DNA of 58,962 nucleotides, the filler included, from Sphacelaria rigidula (Eukaryota), in NCBI GenBank assembly GCA_964200075.2. It is 7 parts of 7 records of this genome, joined end to end, with 100 filler letters (N's around TTAATTAATTAA, not from the genome) between each part and the next. Parts side by side here need not be neighbours in the genome. Positions count along the whole stretch, not along the records: positions 1 to 8,338 come from CAXNAA020011470.1; positions 8,439 to 16,776 come from CAXNAA020011471.1; 5 more parts are not named here. One strand, written 5' to 3'. The notes beneath the pieces were generated by a model. It did no database searches. It was not told the origin of the DNA and worked only from the letters and a program-made list of their open reading frames with translations. Made by a program: the position numbers and the translations under genes. Shown here one piece after another: positions 1-10,990 of the stretch; the stretch's first letter is position 1; each line of letters begins with the position of its first letter.

Positions 1-381
1 CCGTGGTGTGTTCGGCGAGTCGCATAAAGGGTGAGTTGCATCCTGCTAAGATTGTTCGCCCCGAAGCCTACTGATTATCTTATATATGGATGGCAGACTC
101 GAGAAAGTTGCTCCATTCTGTGATATCGCCACTTCCTGAGACAGCAACGGCTTATGCACTGCCTCATGGGTGTCTCACCATGTAAACACTACGTAGTACG
201 ATCATCCTCATTGTGCGGAGTTGAGGTTTTCCCACGCCGCACAACGTGATCTAGCCCGACTACCATCATGGTTACCGCAAATAGAACGCAAGCACGCAAA
301 AAAAGCGGTAACCTGGTTGCGTAGCTTACGCAGTGAGTGGCGTGTTTTACAGCGTCATCGCCAACCGACGCCAACCCCATC
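1..381. repeat. Dispersed repeat family A, copy 1 (unclassified)
   Basis: Aligns by eye to the reverse complement of 26181-26556, and its 3' part (262-381) to 50627-50747 (shared ACCATCATGGTTACCGC...CTTACGCAGTGA...GCCAACCCCATC). Confidence 0.85.
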
Positions 382-1099
382 ATCGGGGGTTTTGAGGGGG
401 GGGAGAGTCCCTGTTAGCAAAAACTCACACCGGGAAGCCCACGACGTCAACCATGTGTATTCGGGAGTTTCCCGTGGGAAGTCACCTCACAGGAACGATA
501 CCCGATAGGAACGGAGTGACCAATGTTGCGATGGGTCAAAATAGTCACTGTGTTCTCCTACAGATGACCTACGGATGACCTTCCTCGCAGCGAAGCTACA
601 TTCGACCATTAGGGTAACGACCAGTGAACCATTGAAAAACATGGGCAAATAACATGAGTTTTGCTCAGCTCGTAGCGCTCGACTTCCTGCCCTCCGGCCG
701 CCGTCCGACAGGGGATGGGTGTGTCGGGGTAAGCTTACCCCAAACGGTAACCAAACGGCATAACCACACGTAAGAGAGAGTGACATGCCTACAGACTAGC
801 CTGCGTATTGTGTCAGCGGTGATGTAACCCACAAACTATTCGGTGGACCATGCGCACAGTATTTCCGACAGTATTGAACTCCAGGCTCAACCCTGCAGCT
901 GCTGAGATTAACCCTGTACTGGGACCCAAACTCAACCCCGCAACTGCATAGTGTTGCCCCAAGTTGGTTAGGCACACTATCACGGAATACACGTCGATGG
1001 AGATAAGACGTATGTGAGTGTCGGATTCGGCGGACTGGAGCTAGCGGCCGACGCGGGCTGGGACGGCTGCACCCCCCCCGTGAGATCAAAACACAAGGC

Positions 1100-1336
1100 A
1101 CGTTTTTGCTGGTTCTCCTCTATTCCGCCCCTTTTGTCCTTATGCTTGTGTTCGTTTTTGTCTTCTTTCTTTTCGATTCACTCCGATTGTTTCTTCATTT
1201 TTGTTGTTGTTGTTTTTATCTTTATTTTTCCTTTTTCGAGCGTTTCCATGCTACTTCACCCTGGGTAGGTCTATCTTATTGATAATGACCACCGGTGCGT
1301 CCCTGAGGGATCGGTTGATGTTTGAAGATCAATCGA
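1100..1336 (+). mobile_element. Degenerate non-LTR (LINE/SINE) 3' end, (CAAT)n-tail family
   Basis: T-rich tract, then CTGGGTA...GATAATGAC...GGGATCGGTTGATG...ATCAATC, matching 55946-56040. Confidence 0.55.
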
Positions 1337-3588
1337 CTGCCCATCGATCTTGGTACAACAGTAGTAGCGCCCTTCTTGACATTTCTTGTGCTGTCAACGT
1401 AGCTTCACACTGACTGTCTGCACCGTGCTGTTGTTGTGGAATGCCCCGTACGAAGCAGAGAAAGCAGCGGCTTGTAGTAGACTGTGTGTTCAGTGGGAAG
1501 CGATGACACGTTGACCGTTTCATACCGTGTATCCAGCCGCTACTGATGATGAAACAAGTTCGCATGTATGTACGGGTAGAGTAGCAGCAGGACAGATACA
1601 TTCAAAGAAAGGAAATACAGTTGAGACGATGTGACATGCGTGTAATATCAGAACGCGCTCGAGGTGTGCCAGCCCTGCCCCTGAAGAACCAGGACTGCTG
1701 CGAAGGCATGGATAGAAATAGAATGAACATATTATTTACGTATGTCGCAGCAGTGGTGGTTGCCACCGTGCACCACTTGCAGAGCATAGAAACGTGTACC
1801 CCACGAAAAAAGTCCAGCGAAGACATACATATGTAAACAAGCACGTGACTTGTGTCTCGAAACCAGTCTGGGGTGCTGTGATACTAATCCCTATACATAT
1901 GCCCAACATCCACACGTTCGTGAAAAAGGCGCGTTGTATTTTTCGAACAAAAAACTGTTGTTTTGAACCCCAGACGTGGCATAGGTCGTTTAAGGTCATC
2001 TACAGGGGGGTTTGCAGCACAAGGGTTAACAGTGAAGATCATAAACGTGATTTTTCGCACACACCCTGCAGCACTGGAGTAGTAAGGTACCTGATGATAC
2101 CGACAGCACAGCGGTAGTAGCTCAGTTAGCCATGGTGTACGATATACACTGTACCGTGTGGATTGGATTGAAGGTTGTCTGCGACCCAGCGGATGAAGGC
2201 GTCCCTCAGCCCTTCGACCACGAGTAATTTGGGATCACTCATTTTGGGAGCAGCCGTATATGTACAAGAATCAACACACGAAAAGATACGTCGTTGACAT
2301 GTGTGCGACACAAATTAAGTGCTTCGCCGTCATGACAGCCCAAAGGTGTCATTTGTTGAAGCGCCATAATATCCAGCTGAAGACGGACGGTTGGACTCGG
2401 GTGTCCATTTCCGCGCGTTCTAAGGGTGAACGCCTTGAGCTCCGAGGCAAGCTGTCCGTTTGAGTCCATGTGTGCCACTGCACCAACTCGTGTATTGATT
2501 TTTGTTCATGGTTGCTCACACGGTGAAGATCCCGAACGCTTTATGGTCAAAGGGTCAACAACAACCAAAAGATGTTGAAGTTGGAATTGAAATCGAAACC
2601 GAAAATAAAGATATAGTTCGATCCGTGCTCGACAGATCTCATCCGAATATTCCAGATCCGGATATTCCATCCGAATACGGTACTACTCGTCCACATCAAC
2701 AAATGATCCGTACCACGATTCCGGTCGAAAACTCTTTTGAACCAGATCCGTCGACTGAACCAGGCGAATTTGCATATTTCACCCCTTGTTGGGCCCGCCT
2801 CGCCAGCACATACCCCCGGGATCCAGTAGTACAGTATGGTAGTAGTCAGGCTTGTGCCTTGCGTCGCGGTGAAGCCGATTGCGATTAGGACGATACAAAT
2901 TGGCACCACTCATTACAGTACCGGCTATTAGCCTGGACATGCTGTATACCACCTCCCTCTGGTAGTGGAACAATGACCTTTTCCATGGTCAAAGGGGACA
3001 TATTGTGCTGCGAGGCGGATGATTGTACTGTCTGAATTGCAAAAGGAGACGCGCAAAAAAAGAGTCACGCCACGTTTTTCAAGCCACGGAAGTACAGTGA
3101 GCCGCCCACTGCCCAAAATCAGTAGCAGTTATAAATACAATTAACTGCTGGCGTCTCTACAAAAGCAACCTCCCACTCGCCAATTTGGCGCTTTGGCGTT
3201 TGATATTTCGGTTTGTTCTAACCACACGAGTAGGATTGCATGCATGCAGCAGTATATTCGGCGCACGCTCGCTGTAATCAAGTTTGCGCTACCTGTTCGA
3301 CGTGAAGAGTCTCTTTCGCTATTATTGTTTTCTTACGAGTAGTACCTGGAAGGAGGTAAAGGGGAACCTCTACGCGGTATTTTTCTCGATTACTCACACG
3401 CGCGTGCACCGTTTTCCCGAAGGCCCCGTTATAACGTCTTGCGTTGGTCGTGTGGGACTTTTACCCACTAAGGTGGATATCTTATCGAAGGAGATAATCC
3501 CGTTTCCAAACATCCTCTTTGGAAAATCGGTCGCTGATTGGTCGCTGCGATATCACCCGCCCCACCAAAAAAAAGTGCCCCGAAATCC

Positions 3589-3650
3589 CCTTTGGGAAAA
3601 GGATTTCAGGAAGTGAAAAAAAGTACTTCTTGAAATCCTTTTTGCAAAGG
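3589..3650. repeat. Short imperfect inverted repeat (26-bp arms)
   Basis: CCTTTGGGAAAAGGATTTCAGGAAGT, 10-nt loop, then ACTTCTTGAAATCCTTTTTGCAAAGG; 3 mismatches. Confidence 0.75.
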
Positions 3651-4063
3651 AGATGTTGTGTGCACATCCTCAACGGGAAGGTACATGTTCCGTTGTTGAC
3701 AAGGTCATATGCAAAGGCTTGCCAAGCAACCCAACACAATTAGAGGTGAACCTGAGGAACGCCTTGCCCTTCCCTCTCAACCCGAAACACACAGCTCAAA
3801 GCGTAGTTGCTCATCAGCGAGCACGTTGTGAGCGACCTTGCTCAAATCTGTTCGTAATTCAATCAGAGATGATCATTTGAGTGAGACGCGCGCACGGTAT
3901 ACGCACACGAAGGGCCAGCAGCGGTATGTTTTCGGTTGTAATTTGATACGCACGCGGTCACCTTTCCTCCAATACAGAACGGTTATCCTTCAAACTAAGA
4001 CTGCTGTGTGTAGACTAGCAATGGGCTAGCGTGGGAAGTAGTACGCGTAAGTGGTGGGTGCCC

Positions 4064-4860
4064 CAGGGGTCTACGGGGAGAAGATTTCCGGCCCCAAGAT
4101 CGAAAAATTGAGTTGTTGAGGGGGGCGGGGCACCCAGCCTGCTGTCCCCTAGTTTATTGCACAGGCGTTGGTGGATGCGGTCAGATGCCGTGTACAGAGA
4201 CCCTTGGGATGGAGACCGCTCAGGTGGCGAACGCGCCGCCCTCCCCCAAGCTCATCACTTACCATGATGACATTTATATTACATTTATCATATCATGTTC
4301 CGTGTCGTGTGCCTCAAGTACCTATCAGTAGTCCGGGCAAGTTTGGCAAGGCCTGAGATAGTGTTGCTACTTCGGCTACAGGCTGCCGCTACCGTGCGCT
4401 CGTGTTCATACATGAGTGTGGGCGTGGCCGGCATCTGAGGTCATCGGGACAGAGCGGGCAAGGAGAAAAAGCAAATATACCAACCCTGCAAAGCCCACCA
4501 GACTTTTCGGTTTTTGTCATTTTTTATTGATAAATTATATGCAAAAAATATGATTAATTAGTTTATTAAGGATGGTAGGATGGAATGTGTTGTTGGGATC
4601 ATTGGAATGGGGAAATATATTTTAATTTTTGGACAAGGGGAAGAAAGACGTCGATGAACATATATAATTACTTCATCAATAAAGTAATTGAAGATTGTTC
4701 AGTATGGAATGTGTTGTTGGGATGATTGGGATGGGGAAATGAATTATATTTTTTGGACAAGTGAAAGACAATAAAAAAAAGTATCAATTTTCGAAAAAAT
4801 GCCCTCCGGGAGGGGGGGGGGGGGGGCACGTGTCCGAAATCTTCTTCCCGTAGACCCCTG
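4064..4860. mobile_element. Non-autonomous DNA transposon (~0.8 kb; CAGGGG termini, hAT- or P-like)
   Basis: TIRs CAGGGGTCTACGGGGAGAAGATTTC and reverse complement CAGGGGTCTACGGGAAGAAGATTTC. Flanks GGTGCCC / GGTGCCT (TSD register ambiguous: 3, 5 or 7 bp). Internal ~38-bp direct repeat at ~4580 and ~4703. Confidence 0.85.
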
Positions 4861-5269
4861 GGTGCCTATGCGTATTTTGTCGGGGCTCGGTGTGTAGGTG
4901 TCCGTGTTGTCTAGTTTCTGTAGCAGTACAGAGATGTTTGACTAACGACTACTTCCTGAACCGCCGCATTTCTGAAGCTGTATGCAAATACGGGCTTTAA
5001 TCAGGACAAAACTGCTTCTCGATAATCAAACCGGTCGTTTTGGGGGGCAATCTCCTTTCCGCGAGGGATTTTTGAAACGTGATTATCCCCTTCGAGAAGC
5101 ACCCGCCTAAAATCATCTGTGTTTGCTCCCCCCACCTCGGCCCGGTACACGGGCCACCCCCTACCCATGTGGACTTCGGTTCTTGTCGAGGTAACCAGAC
5201 TGCTTGTATATTGGTCTACTACGTCGAGTCAGGCATTGTGGCGGTGTAAACAACGGTGTTTTGTTTCCA

Positions 5270-5346
5270 CTGTGCGTCTATCATGCGACCACGGCTGGAT
5301 CCCTGGGAGGTCAGTGGGTGGTCAGTTAAAAGTACGACAATCAAAT
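5270..5346 (+). mobile_element. Non-LTR 3' end, (CAAT)n-tail family
   Basis: ATCATGCGACCACGGCTG...GGGTGGTCAGTTAAAAGTACGACAATCAAATC matches 52285-52357. Confidence 0.7.
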
Positions 5347-5751
5347 CACAGAAATCAAAACGTACGTTTCCCGTGGCGGAGATACGGCGCAGTGTCGAGG
5401 AAACCCACCGACAGCGGGTACGCTCCATCTTGCCCACGGTTGAAATATGGTTGCTTGGGCAAATCAGTACCCTTCTCACTCTAGTGGGGGTTTGCGATCG
5501 GATGTGATGCGTCCGTCTCATGGATACTGTAGGAATTGGATTTTGCTGGAAGGTAAGACTGGGTTGAGGATTGACAGAAGCGAGGTGGACCTCATCACGA
5601 CAGCACAAGGCGGAAAGCGTTGGGCTCATCAGTAGATATGTCATTTCGGGAGGGAGGTGGTGATCAAAACGGCTTTGTTAGCGATCGGTTTTCGACACGT
5701 CGATGCGCCATGCATGGTAGCACTCATTCAGCAGGCACACAGGGGTCTTAA

Positions 5752-6768
5752 CCCTTTTTGGACCGAGCCTCTAGAACAACCAATGAGGCTGGTCAGGAAT
5801 GACGTGTCTGGCGTCTGCACGAAACAGTGGCGTGTTGCTGAAAATCCGCGTGTGTAAGCGCAGGGTTAATGGTCTATTTTCAGGTGCACAGGTGCGGTGC
5901 GATGGTGTGCATTTGATGTAGCAAGCAGTAGGGGTCGCGGTAGAGAGCTTCCAATAAGATGCGGCGACCGGCGGGCCGCTCGCCACTTGTGGCTTTGGAT
6001 TATATTTTTGTCCCCATCACCTTGCCACACAGCCTTTTGTGGTCGGGGTGGGCCGTTATTTCCCCCTTTGTTGCATGCAGCAAATTCTCTTCGAACGGTA
6101 TCAGTGTTGCGGCACGCATGCATGCAACAGTATAGTACAGTGCAGTGTAGTACGCCTCTCCGACTGAAGCAGCGACTGCCGCTGCATACTCCCTTGCACT
6201 TTCTGGGCAATTCTCAGCTACCGAGATCAACTGCCGACATACCGCTTCGTCATCCCCACCCACTACATACATATTAACTGCACCCTGCAAGTCATCGCCA
6301 GAGGAATAAGCAGAACTCATGACAGCAGATCCTTTTGTCTTTCCACAGCCCACCTGGTTTTAGGGCGTGGTGAAAATGACCACATCGTAGTATGTACACT
6401 TCTTCCCGGCTTTTCCGGTCGACCCTGTGTTGGTGTAAATTACTACGGTTTAGTAGGGAATTGAGGCCCAGAGAACCCACCGGAAAACTCGGGAACGGTT
6501 TACTGAGTGCAAGTCATGTCATATAGCCAAGCTTCGACCGCCCTGCGCTTGGAAACCTGCGAAGGCTTATCTTGGCCAGGGATAGGGTTCCCACACGATT
6601 TTTACAGGGGCATCATACTCGCCAACAACCCCAGCACTGGTCGTTCGGGTCTGGTCGATAAATTTCGCCTCGCCGTGATTGGGCAGGTCGCTCGAAGACT
6701 TGTTTTTTTTTATTATTTCACTAACACAGGGTCAACCCTGTGTTAGTGGGGGGTCGGTCCCAAAAGGG
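5752..6768 (-). mobile_element. Non-autonomous piggyBac-type element, copy 1 (1017 bp)
   Basis: TTAA at 5748-5751 and 6769-6772. 15-bp TIR CCCTTTT(T/G)GGACCGA. Colinear inverted copy at 34654-35692. Perfect 14-bp subterminal palindrome at 6719-6748. Confidence 0.92.
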
Positions 6769-6955
6769 TTAATATGGAACTAATAGTCGTCACGTGAATC
6801 TTGAAGACGATCTGCTATTTCGTGAGTCTCCAGATATGTATCGCCTTGGGACAAGCCATGCCGCGATGCACGTGCTCCACTCACAGGACCGGATGGCCTA
6901 CGGGTATGCACAAAGTCGTGTAATGAATCACGCCAAACACCGAATAATAGTGCCC

Positions 6956-7045
6956 ATCAAAGGTCTACAATATGCAAAGGACACGGTGGAGAGTGACCAC
7001 TACCGGGGCATCTCCACCGTTGCACACACCGGCAAAGTGCTACTT
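6956..7045 (+). pseudogene. Fragment of a LINE (RTE-like) reverse transcriptase
   Basis: Translates IKGLQYAKDTVESDHYRGISTVAHTGKVLL, resembling the K-D---C-NYRGISL----GK-L motif at the start of LINE RT domains. Isolated 30-codon scrap. Confidence 0.7.
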
Positions 7046-8262
7046 GTTACGCTGTCAGTCCCGAAAATCCATCAAGTCCCCAATCTGCCAATTCGTCGAG
7101 ATGAACTTTCGACGGATTTCCAGATATGCGGCGGATCCGGATATCCGTCGGAAGTTTCAATCCGCGGATCCCGTTCGTCACCACGGCCCGCGAATACCTG
7201 CGATTGAAGCGGGCAACTGGGCCTGTTGCATTCGTGAGCGCTCCATGTATTCCCACATGACGCTCCGTGCGCACCGTCAGCCGTCAGCGAGGCCACCAAT
7301 GCTGGCCGTGATGCAGGCCCCTATCCCGCCGTCCGTCCGCCGCACTTGCGCCTCGCTGCACCTCCCGGATGTGTTAGCGTGCGATCTGAATCCAAGGACC
7401 CTCACCACCTGCTGCTGTGCCCAACTTGAGCTTACTACGGAACGATGCCGCTGTTAGGGCGCACGGCGCGCAAGCGGTGACCCGAAACTCCGTTGTAGGC
7501 ACAGATCTCATTATCTAGAGATGGGCCGAACGAGATTCCCGAACAGCCTTGCAGGTGGTGCCGGGCCATATATTGTTGTGTAGTAGTCGAATGCCAAGCC
7601 CGTTGACGGCGTCACTGGCAACAAGTCCTCGCCGATCACATCACCCGCCCGTTCGCTCCGCGTTACTATACCGCGGTATCTCCCACACCGGGCGCGCGGT
7701 ATGCAGGAATCATTTCGCCCAGTTTGCTCGCGGGATTTTTTTTTATTGCAGAGGCTTCCGTCTCCCGCGGAAATCGCGAAGATTTTGGCCCGCGGGTGTC
7801 GCAATCGTCCGGTCCCGTACCGTACGGTTCAGCACTGTTTTGCGCTCTCGAAAGATCGAGTACCGTTGTACCGAGCGATACCAAGATCACGATCGTTATT
7901 ATCCCGCGAAAGTCGAGTACCATACCGTACAGTTATTTTCCGAAAACCGCTCTAGAGGGCAGCACTACAAAATGACTCCGATGCCCAGCACAACACTTGA
8001 GTTTAGTATTGGCTTGAATTACCCGAGCTCAGTTTGTGATCAAATTTGCACGATTTCACAAATGCTCAGTAACTAACTGGTGTCAGGATGGTCAATACGT
8101 ACTTGATTTTAGAGTGGTGATATAACTACGTGTCCAAGTACGGTCATTGATTACTTGATTCCAGGGTTATCATGATCCACTTGATTCTGCTGTGGATTCA
8201 ACCACAGTAGTCTAGTTACTTAATTCATTGTCGCCTCAAACTACGGGCACCAGGTATAAGAG

Positions 8263-8338
8263 TGTTGTGTTGTGTTGTGTTGTCGTCCCATTTATTCTGG
8301 GCACCAGTCTACACCTTTCGGTGTATGTGGATGCATCA
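8263..8338 (-). mobile_element. 3' end of tRNA-derived SINE, cut by contig end
   Basis: (TGTTG)n tail plus GTCCCATTTATTCTGGGCACCAGTCTACACCTTTCGGT matches the reverse complement of ~20215-20278 and matches ~51203-51275. Confidence 0.8.
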
Positions 8339-8438
8339 NNNNNNNNNNNNNNNNNNNNNNNNNNNNNNNNNNNNNNNNNNNNTTAATTAATTAANNNNNN
8401 NNNNNNNNNNNNNNNNNNNNNNNNNNNNNNNNNNNNNN
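8339..8438. other. Artificial contig spacer (N44-TTAATTAATTAA-N44); same spacer at 16777-16876, 25215-25314, 33652-33751, 42089-42188, 50526-50625
   Basis: Identical 100-nt spacers carrying a six-frame-stop 12-mer separate segments of 8338, 8338, 8338, 8337, 8337, 8337 and 8337 bp. Confidence 0.98.
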
Positions 8439-10516
8439 AATTCCAGCCCCGACGAAGACCCCTCACGTCTACGCGCACGTTCAGCCGCAACACGCTCCTG
8501 CAGTTGTACGTGGAAACATTCTTGCAAGTCCAAGACTCCTTTCAATGCACTCTTCATTTGAACATCGTACAAAACATCATACTTCCATTCCCCCGCCGAC
8601 GAGGACGCCAGCACCGAGAAAGACGTCCGAGGGGCACGGCCAAACATCACGTGATACGGCGTACTATCGTACCGACGGCGATATGCTGTATCTAGCGCCC
8701 ATTGCACAGTGGGCAACACGTCCACCCACTCGGTCACCTCTCGACGCTGCTCGAGAAGAATAGAGCGAAGAGCATGAACTACTTCCTTTATCATGCGTTC
8801 GCACGTACCGTTAGACCACGGAGAATACGCTACCGCAAACCGGTGTTCAATGCGCAAAGCATCTCGCAACCGAGCCAAGATCACATTCTTAAAATGCGTG
8901 GCGGTATCACTCACCCGCACACGGGGCACCCCCAAAGTTTTGCACCAGTTCAGCAAAGCCGCAGCAGTCGATTCAGCAGCACACACTGCTACTGGTTCCA
9001 GAGCAACGAAATTGCTCAAATCATCCATGATTACCAAAATGTATCGGAACCCAGCATCCCCCGACAAACCGTGGGAAGCTAGCTGGCCACTCTCGCCCAC
9101 GTGCAAGAAGTCAAAATGAACGACTTCATTCGGTGTGGTCCCATGGATCGTTTCACCGAGCGGGTGGGGAACAACATCGCCCGCCCTCGAGTCAGCACGG
9201 TGAAGACACTGGCGGACAAATTCGCGCACATTAGTTTCTATGCCTTGCCAGACACAAAACTCTAGCAAGCGCACGAGCGTCGCAGCCACACTACGATGCC
9301 CGGCATCGCGCATGTGCGCACAAATTATCAAACGTACCTGCAACTGCTTGTCAGAACTCGGAATCCACAAAACGTTTCGGCCACGCACATGCACACGAAA
9401 CATACCTTCATTGTCCAAGATAGCAGTACCAACGTCCAACTCGAAAGATTGCATATCCGCATCTTCGGCCCCAAGATCTTTTCGTTGCGCTTGGCGGACA
9501 ACAGATTTGGACGGCATCGAGTCATCAGGTTCGCACGGACCATACACTGCCACAGCCCGCGCAGGCAAAGTGGGAATATTTACCCAGCGCGACAGCAAGT
9601 CACCCCACGCGTTACGCTCACCCGAAATGTGACAAATCGTGTACCGATACTGTCCTAATACCCCTTTCCACCCCTCCAATCGCTGTGCCAACGCCTTCGA
9701 CACAGACATCACGCATGCCTCCGGGTTGAAAATGTACGCTAGATTTCGGTGATCCGTGAAAATGTGTACGCCATTCCACAATAGATGCTCGAGACGACGA
9801 AAAGTGCTCACGATAGCAAAACCTTTCTTGTTAATGGTTGCCCAACGCATCTGTGAACCTTTGAAATTACCACTCAGAAAAGCCAGCGGTTCATGCATCA
9901 TGTCTTCAACCGGCAACCGTTGTTGCATTTCTGCATCATGCACCTGCGTGACCAAACTACCCCGAGGACACTCGGATGCATCCGGAAACATCAGCACCTG
10001 GCAACCGGGGCGGGGATGGAACAGCGTCACGGCGTGAGCCACCAGATTCTTCGCTGCCGCCCATGCCTGCAGCCTGTCTTCCGTCCACGAGGCGGGTGGA
10101 ATAACACGATTTTTTGCCACCGGCTTCGTGCGCCTTGCTACCCCCACCATGCGTTCGTCTAGAAAACCGCGTAAGGGCGTCATTACTTCAGCCATACGTG
10201 GCAACGAGGTCCGCAACCAGTTCATTGCGTGCAGGAATTGCATTAGTTCTGCGGCTGTTTCTGGACGCCGCATGTCAGACAAACCTTGCAAGCAGACCGG
10301 GTCATGCGAGACGCGGGCGTGTGAGTATACTTTCCCACACCACACTAGTTCACTAGCAAAAAAGGTACTCTTGTGGGCAGCTGCAAACAGACCAACACTC
10401 TCTAAGCGAGCCAATATTGAATCAAGCGTATCCAACAGTTCGTCTTCCGTATCCGCGAAGAAAAAGACATCATCCACCCAAATCTTGCATTTCAAGCCAT
10501 CTGAAAGGTCTACCAT
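8439..10516 (-). pseudogene. Gypsy pol: RT C-terminal half, RNase H and integrase
   Basis: ~690 uninterrupted codons with WVDD, DASE, FTDHRNLAYIF, VVHFDFL, YSPWSNGTCERM, STPYHVMFGR. The upstream RT half is out of frame. Confidence 0.93.
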
Positions 10517-10785
10517 GACACCTTAAAAATAAGTAGTATTCAACACGCCTTGCGGTACGGTACTCTTTGCGGGGGAACCATGCCAAACGGAGTCGTGATT
10601 GTGAATATCTCTTGCGCCTCTTTGGCCAACGGCATCTGCCAGTACCCCTGTAGGAGGTCCAACTTACCGAAACATCGCGCATTCAACAAGTCTATCATGC
10701 CGGATTCCTGATTGAGCATGACACCCGGCGACTTCTCCACCTGATCATTGACGGCTCCGTAATCGCTAACAAGACGGAAAAAGTT

Positions 10786-10990
10786 CAAGGGCAGGTCGAG
10801 TAGAGTATACTCAATCGTGGGGTATTTGGAAAGACGTACTTGGGGTACTCAAATTATGGTAGAGTGTTGGGAGTCGTATCCAAAATATAACTGGAAAACG
10901 ATCCCTTCAACCCTACCCCCAATTTGTGTACTTTCAGTACGACTTTCAAAATACCCCGCAATTGAGTATACTCTACTCGACCTACCCTTG
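10786..10990. mobile_element. 205-bp hAT-like MITE inserted in the Gypsy RT
   Basis: ~55-bp TIRs CAAGGG(C/T)AGGTCGAGTAGAGTATACTCAAT.... 8-bp TSD AAAAAGTT / AAAGAGTC (6/8). Removing the element and one TSD restores KKDSF-RLVSDY. Confidence 0.92.

Noticed and set aside
2126-3020. Possible minus-strand exons (MSPLTMEKVIVPLP..., AHMDSNGQL..., DPKLLVVEGLRDAF...)
   Set aside because: I could not build a phase-consistent model or recognise a homolog.
8383-8394. Periodic TTAATTAATTAA as a biological repeat or piggyBac target
   Set aside because: It is always centred in N44 padding and is a six-frame-stop linker.
10470-10490. WVDD instead of YxDD as a novel RT feature
   Set aside because: W-x-DD variants are, to my knowledge, common in stramenopile Gypsy elements, and this copy is decayed.
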